Below, piece by piece: positions 18,933 to 30,242 of a DNA stretch of 35,749 bases (the first letter of the stretch is position 1; every line of letters starts with the position of its first letter). The notes beneath the pieces were generated by a model. The model worked only from the letters and a program-made list of their open reading frames with translations. It was not told where the DNA came from and did not search any database. This DNA comes from Terricaulis sp. (GTDB lineage Bacteria > Pseudomonadota > Alphaproteobacteria > Caulobacterales > Aquidulcibacteraceae), in the NCBI GenBank assembly GCA_035444925.1, contig DAOMPU010000001.1, forward strand, positions 1-35,749. The letters run 5' to 3'. Made by a program: the position numbers and the translations under genes.

Positions 18933-20381
18933 ATGATGAGCCAGACGCAAAACGCAGGCGCCGACGCCGCGCGCATGGGGCAAATCCTCGCCCTTCAGCA
19001 ACGCGCGTTCACCCAGAAGGGCGCCCCGAACGCGGCGCTGCGGCGAGATCGGCTCACGCGCTGCATCAGCTTGCTGCTCACCCATCAGGACGACATCGTC
19101 AGCGCCATCCAGAGCGATTTCGGCGCGCGCTCACGCGACATGACGTTGCTGACGGATGTGGCCGCCGCGATCGGCCCGCTGAAGCAGGCGCGTGCGGAGC
19201 TTGAGCGCTGGATGGCGCCGCAGAAGCGCAAAGTTACGCCCGCTGCGCTGGGCGTGCTCGGCGCGCGCGCGGAGGTGCGTTACCAGCCCAAGGGCGTGGT
19301 GGGCGTGATGACGCCATGGAATTTCCCGGTGCAGCTGGCGATGGACGCTATCGCCGGCGCGTTCGCAGCCGGCAATTCCGTAATGCTGAAGCCGTCGGAA
19401 TTTACGCCGGCCACCTCGGCGCTGCTGGCGCAGGTGATTGATCTTTATTTCGATGAGGATGAATTGGCCGTGGTGCTTGGCGGGCCCGATGTGGGCGCGG
19501 CTTTCTCGCGCCTGCCGTTTGACCATCTGATTTTTACAGGCGCCACGTCGGTGGGCCGGCATGTGATGCGCGCGGCCGCGGACAATCTGACGCCCATCAC
19601 GCTTGAGCTTGGCGGCAAGTCGCCGGTGATCATCGGCGCCGGGGCCGATATCGGCAAAACCGCCGCGCGCGTGATGCAGGGCAAAACCATGAACGCCGGG
19701 CAAATCTGCCTCGCGCCGGACTACGTGATGGCGCAGAAGGCGGATGTCGCGCCGTTCGTGGAAGCGGCGAAGGCGGCGGTGGGCAAGATGTATCCCACGA
19801 TGAAAGACAATGGCGACTACACCGCCATCATCAACCAGCGCCATTTCGATCGCCTACAGGGGCTGATTGCAGACGCCCGCGCCAAAGGCGCAGACGTGAT
19901 CGAGATCAATCCGTCGAACGAAGATTTTTCGCAGCAGGAGCACCGCAAAATTCCGCCCACGCTGATCGTCGGCGCCACCGACGACATGGGCGTGATGCAG
20001 GAAGAAATCTTCGGCCCGCTGCTGCCGATCCGCACGTACGAAACGCTCGGCGAAACTATCACCTACGTGAACGCGCATCCGCGCCCGCTCGCGCTCTATT
20101 ATTTTGGCGAAGACAAAGCAGAGAGCGAGGCGCTGCTGGCGCGCACGCACTCGGGCGGGGTCACCATCAACGATGTGATTTTCCATTTCACCATGGACGA
20201 TTTGCCGTTTGGCGGCGTCGGCGCCTCGGGCATGGGCGCCTATCACGGCAAGCGCGGCTTTATCGAGTTCAGCCACGAGAAGGCGGTCTATCGCCAAACC
20301 GCGAGCGAGCTCATCGCGATGTTCCGCCCGCCGTACGGCGATGCGTTCCGCAAGCAGGTGGCGGCGCGGCTGAAGCCCTAG
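18933..20381 (+). CDS. Aldehyde dehydrogenase, coniferyl-aldehyde dehydrogenase (CalB)-like
   Basis: PWNFP, KPSE, FTGAT, LELGGKSP, NAGQICLAPDY, EEIFGP, PFGGVGASGMGAYHG. Start moved to ATG 18933. Confidence 0.93.
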   Translation: MMSQTQNAGADAARMGQILALQQRAFTQKGAPNAALRRDRLTRCISLLLTHQDDIVSAIQSDFGARSRDMTLLTDVAAAIGPLKQARAELERWMAPQKRKVTPAALGVLGARAEVRYQPKGVVGVMTPWNFPVQLAMDAIAGAFAAGNSVMLKPSEFTPATSALLAQVIDLYFDEDELAVVLGGPDVGAAFSRLPFDHLIFTGATSVGRHVMRAAADNLTPITLELGGKSPVIIGAGADIGKTAARVMQGKTMNAGQICLAPDYVMAQKADVAPFVEAAKAAVGKMYPTMKDNGDYTAIINQRHFDRLQGLIADARAKGADVIEINPSNEDFSQQEHRKIPPTLIVGATDDMGVMQEEIFGPLLPIRTYETLGETITYVNAHPRPLALYYFGEDKAESEALLARTHSGGVTINDVIFHFTMDDLPFGGVGASGMGAYHGKRGFIEFSHEKAVYRQTASELIAMFRPPYGDAFRKQVAARLKP

Positions 20382-20383
20382 CG

Positions 20384-21883
20384 CTACTTCTTTTTAAGGA
20401 AGGCGGGCGCGTTGTCGCCGAAGCCCGTCACCGGGGCGCCGCTGTCGCGTTCTTGGCGATCCGATCGTTCGGGGCGCTGGCGGCGCGGCTCGCGCGGCGG
20501 CGCCTCCGCGCGTTTTTCCTTCGCTTCCGGCTTCGCCTGCACCGGCTCGGTGGACGCCTCGCCGCGCGCGGCGTCGCGCTTCATGTAGCGCTCTTTCTTT
20601 TCGCTGATGCGTTTGGTGTGCTCGCGCTTCAACTCTTCGGCGCGCCGCCCGCGCCCGCCGCGATCGGAGGGATCGCCGAGCGCCGCTTCCGGCGCGCCTT
20701 CGATCTCCGCCTTCTCGATCGGCTTGCCGGTCAGTTTTTCGATTGCGTCGAGGCTTTTTTTGTCCTGCGGGCCGACCAGCGTGAAAGAGGCGCCAAGCCG
20801 CCCGGCGCGGCCGGTACGGCCGATACGGTGGACGTAATCATCCGGGCTGCGCGGGGGCTCATAATTGAACACGTGCGAGACGTCCGGAATATCAAGCCCG
20901 CGCGCCGCGACGTCGGAGGCCACCAGATATTGCAAATCGCCGGTGCGGAAGCGGTCCAGCGTCTTCATACGCAGCGATTGATCGAGATCGCCGTGGATCG
21001 GCGCGGCGTTATAGCCGTGCCGCTTCAGCGAAAGCGCCACCACGTCCACATCGGTCTTGCGGTTGCAGAAGATGATGCCGTTCTTCACTTCGCACGAATT
21101 GATGGTGGCGCGCAGGCCCGCGCGGCGCGTGCGCGGATCGCCCCCCGGCAGCATGACGACGCGCTGCGTAATCGTGCTGGCGGTGGTGGCGGGCTTAGCC
21201 GCTTCGATGCGCTTGGGGTTTTGCAGGAACGCTTCAGTGAGGCGGGTGATCTCCGGCGGCATGGTGGCGGAGAAGAAGAGGGTCTGGCGCGTGAACGGCG
21301 TCAGTTTGAAGATGCGCTCGATATCGGGAATGAAGCCCATGTCGAGCATGCGGTCCGCCTCATCGACCACCATCACCTGCACGCCGGTGAGCAATAACTT
21401 CCCGCGCTCGAAATGGTCGAGCAGGCGGCCAGGCGTGGCGATCAGCACATCGACGCCGCGCGCCAGCAGCGCATCCTGATCGGCGAAGGAAACCCCGCCG
21501 ATCAGCAGCGCCTTGGTGAGTTTTTGGTATTTGCCGTATTTGTCGAACCCTTCGGCCACCTGCGCGGCGAGTTCGCGCGTCGGCTCCAGAATGAGCGTGC
21601 GCGGCATGCGCGCGCGGGCGCGGCCGGCGGCCAGAATGTCGATCATCGGCAGGGTGAAGGCGGCGGTTTTGCCGGTGCCGGTTTGGGCGATGCCGAGCAC
21701 GTCCCGGTTCATCAGAACCTCGGGGATGGCGGCGGCCTGGATCGGGGTCGGGTAGGTGTAGCCGCTCTCGGTGACCGCGCGGAGCGTGGGTTCGGAAAGG
21801 CCAAGATCGGCGAAGGTGATTTTGGTTTCGGTCGCCGATTGCGCGGCTTGTTCGCCCTCTGGGGCGGTGGTTTCGGTGGTCAT
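20384..21883 (-). CDS. DEAD-box ATP-dependent RNA helicase (RhlE-like)
   Basis: Q motif PTPIQ, AQTGTGKT, PTRELA, TPGRL, DEAD, SAT, HGD, ARGLD, HRIGRTGRAG; charged disordered C-tail. Confidence 0.97.
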   Translation of the reverse strand: MTTETTAPEGEQAAQSATETKITFADLGLSEPTLRAVTESGYTYPTPIQAAAIPEVLMNRDVLGIAQTGTGKTAAFTLPMIDILAAGRARARMPRTLILEPTRELAAQVAEGFDKYGKYQKLTKALLIGGVSFADQDALLARGVDVLIATPGRLLDHFERGKLLLTGVQVMVVDEADRMLDMGFIPDIERIFKLTPFTRQTLFFSATMPPEITRLTEAFLQNPKRIEAAKPATTASTITQRVVMLPGGDPRTRRAGLRATINSCEVKNGIIFCNRKTDVDVVALSLKRHGYNAAPIHGDLDQSLRMKTLDRFRTGDLQYLVASDVAARGLDIPDVSHVFNYEPPRSPDDYVHRIGRTGRAGRLGASFTLVGPQDKKSLDAIEKLTGKPIEKAEIEGAPEAALGDPSDRGGRGRRAEELKREHTKRISEKKERYMKRDAARGEASTEPVQAKPEAKEKRAEAPPREPRRQRPERSDRQERDSGAPVTGFGDNAPAFLKKK

Positions 21884-22033
21884 TTATTCTCGCTTGGGCG
21901 GAGCGCCGCGCGCCGAGGGCGTGCAGGCGGGGCCGCTTCAGGTTGGCGCTTCCGGCCGGCGTCGTCTCCGGACGAGACGGGGGCGTTCAGCAAGGGCGAG
22001 CACGCCCTCAGGCGCGCACAACGGACGCGCTGG

Positions 22034-22061
22034 AAATGGGGGGATTTGTGGAAAAAGTCAA
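22034..22061 (-). promoter_or_regulatory. Candidate promoter for the helicase (sigma32-like or sigma70)
   Basis: Minus strand reads TTGACT-N14-CCCCATTT. Confidence 0.4.
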
Positions 22062-22071
22062 TGTTTCGACG

Positions 22072-22491
22072 TCAAAGGTCAAAATCGAACGCGAGCTTTT
22101 CCCAGGGAAGGGCGCGAATTGCACTCAAAGCCGGCTCTTCAATCGGCAATGCAAAGCGGTGTTGAAACCAGATAATCACCAACGTGGATGCGCAAGCCGA
22201 GCCCACCGGCTCAGACTCAAACCGCCCGATGCAGGTCACCGCCGGCAAGCGCCCCAGAACCCCGTGCGGGTCAGGCGCGTATCGCGGCGGGCTTTGCTCC
22301 GGCTCGATCAGATGGAGCGCGCCGCCCAGGGCGTACCTCAGCTCCGCGCCCGCTAAGCCCCGCATTTGTTTGTCATTGTCGTCGCGCGAAGGCTCGCCCT
22401 CAAGAAGACCTTCGTAGGTCAGCTTTTGGTGCAATTCTCTACATTCCACCGAGCGCCCTGAATCGAGCTCGATGGTGTGCGCCCGGATCAA
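22072..22491 (-). CDS. Hypothetical protein, 139 aa
   Basis: TTG start overlaps the parE stop (TTGA); protein-like sequence with TYEGLLEG.P and LVIIWFQ segments. Confidence 0.75.
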   Translation of the reverse strand: MIRAHTIELDSGRSVECRELHQKLTYEGLLEGEPSRDDNDKQMRGLAGAELRYALGGALHLIEPEQSPPRYAPDPHGVLGRLPAVTCIGRFESEPVGSACASTLVIIWFQHRFALPIEEPALSAIRALPWEKLAFDFDL

Positions 22492-24527
22492 ACGTCGATC
22501 TCGTCCGCCACGAACTTCGCGTTCGCCTGGATGTAATCAAAGCGCTTCTCGGCCTTCTTGCCCATCAGCGTTTCGATCAGGATTTCAAAGTCCGGCGCGC
22601 CGGTTTCGTCCAGCACCACGCGCGCGAGCGTGCGGGTGTCGGGGTTCATGGTGGTGTCCTTCAAATCCGCCGGCATCATTTCGCCGAGGCCCTTGAACCG
22701 AGAAATATCCACCTTGCGGCCTTTGAACTGGCCGTTCAGCAGCGCTTCCTTGTGCGCGTCATCGCGCGCGTAGATGCTCTCCTTGCCGGCCGTGAGGCGA
22801 TAGAGCGGGGGCATGGCGAGGTAGAGCCTGCCCGTGCGGATCAATTGCGGCATCTGCTTGTGGAAGAAGGTGATCAGCAGCGAGGCGATGTGGGCGCCGT
22901 CCACGTCAGCGTCGGTCATGATGATGATGCGCTCGTAGCGCAGATCGTCCGCCTTGAATTTCGCGCCCATCTGCACGCCGAGCGCCAGCGCGAGGTCCGA
23001 AAGCTCCTGATTGCCGCTCATCTTCTCCGCGCCCGCGGAGGCGACGTTTAGAATCTTCCCGCGCAGCGGCAGGATGGCTTGGGTCTCGCGATTGCGCGCC
23101 TGCTTGGCCGAGCCGCCCGCGCTGTCGCCTTCGACCAGGAAGATTTCCGTATCCCTCTCGCCCGCGCGCGAGCAATCGGCGAGCTTGCCCGGCAGGCGCA
23201 GCTTGCGCGTGGCGCTTTGGCGCGAAACTTCCTTTTCCTTGCGCCGGCGCACGCGCTCTTCAGCCTGCTGAATGCACCATTCGAGCAGCCGATTGGCCTC
23301 GTTCGTGTTGGCCGCGAGCCAATGATCGAACGGATCGCGCACCGCCTGTTCGACGATCTTGGCCGCTTCGGTGGAGACCAGGCGCCCTTTGGTCTGCCCC
23401 TCGAATTGCGGATCGCGGATGAATACGGAAACCAGCGCCGCGCCGGTATTCATCACGTCTTCCGGCGAGATCAGCGACGCCTTCTTGTTGTTCTTCAGCT
23501 CCGCGTACGCCTTCAGCCCCTTGGCCAGCGCCGAGCGCAGGCCGGATTCATGAAAGCCGCCATCGGGCGTGTAAATCGTGTTGCAATAGGAGCGCAGGAA
23601 GCCGTCCGCTTCGCCGAATCCGTCGCCGACCCAAGTCACCGCCCATTCGACGCGGCCGTGCCCGGTCTTATCGCTCTTGCCGGCGAACGGCTCGGCCACG
23701 ATGGCGCGCTTGTTTTGCACCAGCTCGCCCAGGAAGTCGGCAAGACCATTGGGGAAGTGCAGCACCGCTTCGGCGGGCGTGTCGTCCTTGATGCGTTCAG
23801 GCGCGCATTTCCAGCGGATCTGCACGCCGCGCTGCAGATACGCCTTCGAGCGCGCCATCTGGAACAGCCGCGCGGGCTTGAACGAGGCGCCCTCGCCGAA
23901 AATTTGCGCGTCCGGATGAAAGCGCACCGTGGTGCCGCGCCGATTGTGCGCGGGGCCGGCGTCCACCAGCTTCGAGGTAGGCGTGCCGCGCGAGAAGGTT
24001 TGCCGATAGAGCTTGCGCTCGCGCGCGACCTCAACCTCAACCCGATCGCTCAGCGCATTCACCACCGAAACGCCGACGCCATGCAGGCCGCCGCTGGTGT
24101 GATAGACTTTGTCGGAAAACTTACCCCCCGCGTGCAGCACCGTCATGATGATTTCGAGCGCGGATTTTTTCGGAAATTTCGGGTGCGGATCAACCGGCAT
24201 GCCGCGCCCGTTGTCGGTCACGCGCAGCGTGCCATCGGCTTCCAGCTCCACCTCGATACGGTCGGCGAAGCCGGCGACGGCTTCGTCCATCGAGTTATCG
24301 AGTACTTCGGCAAACAAGTGGTGCAGCGCGCGCTCATCGACGCCGCCGATATACATCCCCGGTCGCTTGCGCACCGGCTCAAGCCCTTCAAGGACTTCGA
24401 TGTCTTTTGCGGTGTAGCCGCCTGCGGCCGCGGGCGGTGCTTCGCTTTCGCCGAACAAGCCTGAATCCCAAAGTGATTCGTCGGCGCCCGTTTTGGGCGA
24501 GGGAGATTTCTTCTGCGCTTGCGCCAT
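22488..24527 (-). CDS. parE: DNA topoisomerase IV subunit B
   Basis: IEVLEGLEPVRKRPGMYIG, EVLDNSMDE, GGLHGVG, VEGDSAGGSAKQAR, PLRGKILN, MTDADVDG, RFKGLGEM; 679 aa, lacks the GyrB insertion. Confidence 0.96.
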   Translation of the reverse strand: MAQAQKKSPSPKTGADESLWDSGLFGESEAPPAAAGGYTAKDIEVLEGLEPVRKRPGMYIGGVDERALHHLFAEVLDNSMDEAVAGFADRIEVELEADGTLRVTDNGRGMPVDPHPKFPKKSALEIIMTVLHAGGKFSDKVYHTSGGLHGVGVSVVNALSDRVEVEVARERKLYRQTFSRGTPTSKLVDAGPAHNRRGTTVRFHPDAQIFGEGASFKPARLFQMARSKAYLQRGVQIRWKCAPERIKDDTPAEAVLHFPNGLADFLGELVQNKRAIVAEPFAGKSDKTGHGRVEWAVTWVGDGFGEADGFLRSYCNTIYTPDGGFHESGLRSALAKGLKAYAELKNNKKASLISPEDVMNTGAALVSVFIRDPQFEGQTKGRLVSTEAAKIVEQAVRDPFDHWLAANTNEANRLLEWCIQQAEERVRRRKEKEVSRQSATRKLRLPGKLADCSRAGERDTEIFLVEGDSAGGSAKQARNRETQAILPLRGKILNVASAGAEKMSGNQELSDLALALGVQMGAKFKADDLRYERIIIMTDADVDGAHIASLLITFFHKQMPQLIRTGRLYLAMPPLYRLTAGKESIYARDDAHKEALLNGQFKGRKVDISRFKGLGEMMPADLKDTTMNPDTRTLARVVLDETGAPDFEILIETLMGKKAEKRFDYIQANAKFVADEIDV

Positions 24528-24768
24528 GACGTTCTCTTACGGCGCTTCGCGCGCCCTGGGCAAACATTCGCCAGTAGCGCGAACGGAACAGGATTTGGTG
24601 TGCGAGGCGTAAACGCCACGTTCTGGCCGCATTGAGTGTCTTGCCCGCCACGCCCGGCCAAGGCGGCGCAGCACATTACTGCAAATTGGGAAACTTCGCC
24701 GCGTTTTGGCCGTTCGCCGGGCTGAACGCTCCCGCGCAACGGTTGGGGCGAAGGACGAGGAGTTTGAA

Positions 24769-25242
24769 ATGAGAAATCTGTTGATGAGTGCGGCCGTGGC
24801 CGCGCTTGGCTTGGCTGTTATTCCCGCCGCCGCCTCGGCCGAGCCCTATGTCGGGCTTGGCTACACGCACTACGACACCGATTCTGGCGATGTCGGCGGC
24901 GTGACCGGGCGCGTCGGCTACAATTTCAGCCGTTATTTCGGCGTCGAGGGCGAAGGCACGTTCGGCGTGAACGACGACGACGTCGAACTGGACCGCGCTT
25001 ATGGCGCGTACGTGCGCGGCATCCTGCCGATCAATGAGCGTTTCGATCTGCATGGGCGCGTTGGCTACAACCAGGCCGAGTTCAGCACCCCAGGCGGCGA
25101 TGTGGACGCGGACGGAATAGCCTACGGCGTGGGCGCGACGTTCAACGTCTCGCAACGCTTCGGCATCCGCGCCGATTACACGCGCTTGGAGGGCGATCTC
25201 GACACCGACACGATCGGCCTCGGCGGCGTTGTGAAGTTCTAA
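24769..25242 (+). CDS. Small outer-membrane beta-barrel (porin family, OmpA-like TM domain)
   Basis: Signal peptide ending ASA, alternating aromatic beta strands, C-terminal Phe (VVKF); GAGGAG RBS upstream of ATG 24769. Confidence 0.9.
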   Translation: MRNLLMSAAVAALGLAVIPAAASAEPYVGLGYTHYDTDSGDVGGVTGRVGYNFSRYFGVEGEGTFGVNDDDVELDRAYGAYVRGILPINERFDLHGRVGYNQAEFSTPGGDVDADGIAYGVGATFNVSQRFGIRADYTRLEGDLDTDTIGLGGVVKF

Positions 25243-25263
25243 GCGCCGGACATCAGCACATGG

Positions 25264-25299
25264 AATTGGGCCGGGGCTTCGCCTCGGCCCAATTTTTTT
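25264..25299 (+). terminator. Intrinsic terminator of the beta-barrel gene
   Basis: aattgggccggggc-ttc-gcctcggcccaatt followed by a T tract. Confidence 0.88.
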
Positions 25300-25334
25300 G
25301 AGCGTGTTGTATCCCAGTTGAATCGCATCGCGCC

Positions 25335-25458
25335 GCTTCCCCGCCGAGAGCCCCGCGCAAGCGGGGCCGAGAGCGGGGATCCAGAGCAAGAGGCGCCGCC
25401 ATCGGCTCTGGATCCCTGATCGCACCCCGGCTTATCGCCGGGGATGCGTCAGGGAAGC
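25335..25458. repeat. Multi-hairpin palindromic element (REP/MITE-like)
   Basis: Terminal inverted repeat gcttccc/gggaagc enclosing gccccgc-gcaa-gcggggc, a perfect 12-bp gggatccagagc/gctctggatccc stem and ccccggc-ttatc-gccgggg. Single copy in this window. Confidence 0.6.
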
Positions 25459-25481
25459 CTCCGGCGCCAATTGCAACGCGT

Positions 25482-26081
25482 TCAGAACGGCCACCAAGAA
25501 TTGAGCCGCCGCTCGCAGCGGCGCAATTGCGCGCCATACGCGTCGCTCCAGCTCTGCACGCGGCCCGCGGCGGCGAGCAAAGTCTGTTTGCCGCGATATG
25601 AGCCGCGCGAATAGCCGCCGCGCCCTTCGTGATAAGCGAGGTAATGGCCGCGCGCATCGGAATAGGGCAGGCCCAGCTGATCGCGCGTTTTTCGGCAATA
25701 CCAGGCCACGAAATCCGCCGCGTCGCGAAACTCATCGCGATCGGCGCCGCCGACGCCGGATTCGCGGCGATATTCTTCCCACGTGCTATTGAGTGCTTGC
25801 GCATAGCCGTGCGCGCTGGAGAGGCGCCGGCCTGGAAAGAAAAACAGAAAGCGTCCGCGCGGTGGGCGCGCATTGTGATCGAAACCGCTTTCCTGGCGGA
25901 TGATCGCGAGCTGCAATTCAGGCGGCGCGCCCCAGCGCCGCTCGGCGCGCCGGCACGAGCGCCACCAATTCTCGTGCTGCTCGAAGATCGAGCACGCGTC
26001 GCCGGGTTCATCCGGTTTCGCCGTCGAAACGCAGGCGCCGAGCGCGCCGGCCGCGCCGAGGATAAACACCCGCCGATCCAT
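25482..26081 (-). CDS. SLT-like lytic transglycosylase family lipoprotein
   Basis: Start moved to MDRRVFILGAAGALGAC; LAIIRQESGF (catalytic Glu motif), SSAHGYAQA, YLAYHEG. Confidence 0.82.
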   Translation of the reverse strand: MDRRVFILGAAGALGACVSTAKPDEPGDACSIFEQHENWWRSCRRAERRWGAPPELQLAIIRQESGFDHNARPPRGRFLFFFPGRRLSSAHGYAQALNSTWEEYRRESGVGGADRDEFRDAADFVAWYCRKTRDQLGLPYSDARGHYLAYHEGRGGYSRGSYRGKQTLLAAAGRVQSWSDAYGAQLRRCERRLNSWWPF

Positions 26082-26115
26082 CCCGCCACGCATAGAGTGC
26101 GTTGCCGTTTCAGAC

Positions 26116-26149
26116 AAACAAAACGGGCCGGAGCTCCTGCTCCGGCCCG
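26116..26149 (-). terminator. Intrinsic terminator of glnA
   Basis: Minus strand cgggccggagc-agga-gctccggcccg followed by ttttgttt. Confidence 0.82.
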
Positions 26150-26173
26150 CAAGCTTACGCGCGAAGCAAGGTG

Positions 26174-27577
26174 TTACGCCTTGTAATACATGTCGAATTC
26201 CACCGGGTGCGGGTGGGTTTCGAAACGATCGAGCTCTTCTTTCTTGAGATCGATGTAGGCGTCGATCAGATCGTCGCTCATCACGCCGCCTTTCAGCAGG
26301 AAGTCGCGGTCGCGGTCGAGCGCGTTGAGCGCTTCGCGCAAGCTGGAGGCCACGTGCGGCACGTCCTTCAGCTCTTCCGGCGGCAGATCGTACAGGTTCT
26401 TGTCCAGCGGATCGCCCGGATGGATCTTGTTGGCGATGCCGTCGAGGCCCGCCATCAGCAACGCAACGTAGCTGAGATACATGTTGCCGGCCGGGTCGGG
26501 GAAGCGAACTTCCACGCGCTTGGCCTTCGCGCCCGTGCCGTGCGGAATTCGGCAAGAGGCCGAGCGGTTGCGGGCCGAATAGGCGAGCAGAACCGGGGCC
26601 TCGTAACCGGGCACGAGGCGCTTGTAGGAATTGGTGGTCGAGTTCGTGAAGGCGTTGATGGCCTTCGCGTGCTTGATGATGCCGCCGATATAGAAGAGGC
26701 AGGTTTCGCTGAGATCGGCGTAACGATCGCCCGCGAAAGTGTTTTGCCCGCCTTTCCAGATCGACTGGTGAACGTGCATGCCCGAGCCGTTGTCCTTGTA
26801 ATAGGGCTTCGGCATGAACGTGGCGGACTTGCCGTAAGACGCGGCCACTTGATGGATGATGTACTTATACAAGTTCATGTTGTCGGCCATTTTGGTCAAC
26901 GTGTTGAACTTGAGGCCGAGTTCGTGCTGGGCGGGCGCCACTTCGTGGTGGTGCTTTTCAGGGGCCATGCCGAGGCTGCCCATGATTTCCAGCATTTCGC
27001 CGCGCATATCTTGCAAGCTGTCGATCGGCGGAACGGGAAAATAGCCGCCCTTCGGGCCTGGTCGGAAACCGGAATTGCCGCCTTCGTATTGCTTGTTTGA
27101 GTTAAACGGCAATTCGGTGGAATCGAACGAATAGCCGGTGTTGTGCGGATCGGTGGACCAGCGCACGTCGTCAAACACAAAGAACTCAGCTTCCGGGCCG
27201 AAATAGGCCGTGTCGCCCGCGCCGGAGGATTTCACGTAGGCTTCGGCCTTCTTGGCGATGCCGCGCGGGCAGCGCGAATAGGGCTGCAGCGTGCCGGGCT
27301 CGAGAATATCGCAAAACAGCGCCAGCGTAGTCTGCTGATAGAACGGGTCGATGTGCGCGCCTTCAGGGTCGGGGCGCATCACCATGTCGGACTCGTTGAT
27401 CGCCTTCCAGCCCGAGATCGATGAGCCGTCGAACATCGTGCCTTCGGTGAAAATGTCCTTGTCGATCATCGACACGTCGAAGGTGACGTGCTGCATCTTC
27501 CCGCGAAGATCGTTGAAGCGCAGATCGACGAATTGAACTTCCTTGTCCTTGATGAGCTTCAGAACATCGTCTGACAT
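26174..27577 (-). CDS. glnA: Glutamine synthetase type I
   Basis: FDGSSI, GPEAEFF, HHHEVA, FMPKP...[23 protein letters not shown], adenylylation site KNLYDLP. Confidence 0.98.
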   Translation of the reverse strand: MSDDVLKLIKDKEVQFVDLRFNDLRGKMQHVTFDVSMIDKDIFTEGTMFDGSSISGWKAINESDMVMRPDPEGAHIDPFYQQTTLALFCDILEPGTLQPYSRCPRGIAKKAEAYVKSSGAGDTAYFGPEAEFFVFDDVRWSTDPHNTGYSFDSTELPFNSNKQYEGGNSGFRPGPKGGYFPVPPIDSLQDMRGEMLEIMGSLGMAPEKHHHEVAPAQHELGLKFNTLTKMADNMNLYKYIIHQVAASYGKSATFMPKPYYKDNGSGMHVHQSIWKGGQNTFAGDRYADLSETCLFYIGGIIKHAKAINAFTNSTTNSYKRLVPGYEAPVLLAYSARNRSASCRIPHGTGAKAKRVEVRFPDPAGNMYLSYVALLMAGLDGIANKIHPGDPLDKNLYDLPPEELKDVPHVASSLREALNALDRDRDFLLKGGVMSDDLIDAYIDLKKEELDRFETHPHPVEFDMYYKA

Positions 27578-27619
27578 CAAACTCTCCGAGTGATTATTGT
27601 TTTTGAATCGTGTGTGCGC

Positions 27620-28689
<1,070 letters not shown>

Positions 28690-28693
<4 letters not shown>

Positions 28694-30168
28694 GCGGCGA
28701 GATCATCACCATCGCGCAGATGCGGGCGATCGACGCCGCCGCGGCCGCTGGCGGAACGCCGACGCGCGTGCTGATGGAGAATGCAGGCCGCGCCGTCGCG
28801 GAGGCGATCATGCGCCGCTGGAGCGCGCGCCGGGCGGCGGTGTTGTGCGGGCCGGGCGATAATGGCGGCGACGGCTGGGTCGCGGCACGCCTGCTGCGTG
28901 ACGCCGGCTGGCCGGTTTGGGTGGAGAGCTTGGCGGAGCGTTCCGCCCTGAAAGGCGCGGCCGCTGAAGCTGCGGGCGGGTGGGACGGGGATATTTATCC
29001 GCTGGGCGAAGGCCCGCCCGCCGAAATGTCCGTGGATGCGCTCTTCGGGGCGGGGCTCTCACGCCCGTTGGAAGGCGTGTGCGCGCAGCTCGCCGCCGCG
29101 CTGCCGGCTGCGCGGGTGGTGGCGGTGGATACGCCTAGCGGTTTGCACGGCGATAGCGGCAAACCCTTGGGCGACGCATGTTTCAAAGCCGCGCTGACGA
29201 TAACGTTCGTGCGCAAGAAGCCCGCGCATGTGCTGGAGCCGGGGCGAAGCTTTTGCGGCGAGATCGTCGTCGCGGACATCGGCGTCCCCGAGACTCTGAT
29301 CGCCGCCGAGGCGCCGCAGCTTTGGGAAGGCGATTGGGATCGGTGGCGCGCGACGTATCCTTGGCCCGCGCGCGGCGCGCACAAGCATGCGCGAGGGCAT
29401 GTCGTCGCGGCGTCCGGGGGCGCTGGACGCACAGGCGCTGCACGTCTCGCTGCGCACGCGGCGCTGCGTGTCGGCGCGGGGCTGGTCACCGTGCTCAGCC
29501 CGCCAGAGGCGATGGCGGAGAATGCCGCCCATCTGACAGCGATCATGCTGCGCGAAGCCGCTGATGCAGGCGCTTACACGCGGGCGATGGCGAACGCGCA
29601 TGCGGGCGTCACCGGCCCGGCTTTCGGGTTGGAGCGTGGTGAAACGCTAAAAGCGTTGCTCGCTTCGCCGCGCCCGCCTTGCGTGCTCGACGCCGACGCG
29701 CTGACGCTGCTGGCGCCGCTCAGCGAAACGCTGCAAGCCGGCGATGTGCTGACCCCGCACGTGGGCGAATTCAATCGGCTCTATCCGGGCCTGCTGGACG
29801 TCAGCGCCTCGCGCATCGAAGCGGCGCGCGCCGCCGCGCAGCGCGCGGGGTGCGTGGTTTTGCTCAAGGGGCCGGACACGATCATCGCGGCGCCGGATGG
29901 GCGCGCGGCCGTGAACGCCAGCGGGACGCCTTTTCTGGCGACGGCCGGCTCGGGCGACGTGCTCGCCGGTTTGATCGCTGGGCTGATCGCCCAGGGGGTG
30001 GGGGGCTTCGAGGCCGCTGGGCTCGCGGCGTGGTTGCATGGGCGGTGCGGCGAGGCGCTGGGGCCTGGCCTCATTGCTGAGGATTTGGCCGAGGCGCTCC
30101 CTAAAGTTCTCAATAGTTTAGCGCCCGAATGGTTGCGGGCGCGGCCTGAGCCGCCTAACCGGGGCTGA
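28690..30168 (+). CDS. nnr: Bifunctional NAD(P)H-hydrate epimerase/dehydratase
   Basis: LMENAGRAVA, GPGDNGGDG, VDALFGAGL, HKHARG, GAGLV, LDADAL, TPH.GEF, LATAGSGDVLAG; ATGA overlap with the upstream gene. Confidence 0.95.
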
Positions 30169-30242
30169 TCGGGCCTCGCCCGGCCCTAGCTTATGGGTTA
30201 ACACTGGAATTTGGGACAGCGGCGCACGCCAAGGGGTGAGAT

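Noticed and set aside
28849-28875. Nnr motif GPGDNGGDG instead of GxGNNGGDG, and other single odd residues in sufB and the hydrolase
   Set aside because: Single substitutions cannot be told apart from natural variation or sequence error without an alignment; frames are intact, so not pseudogenes.
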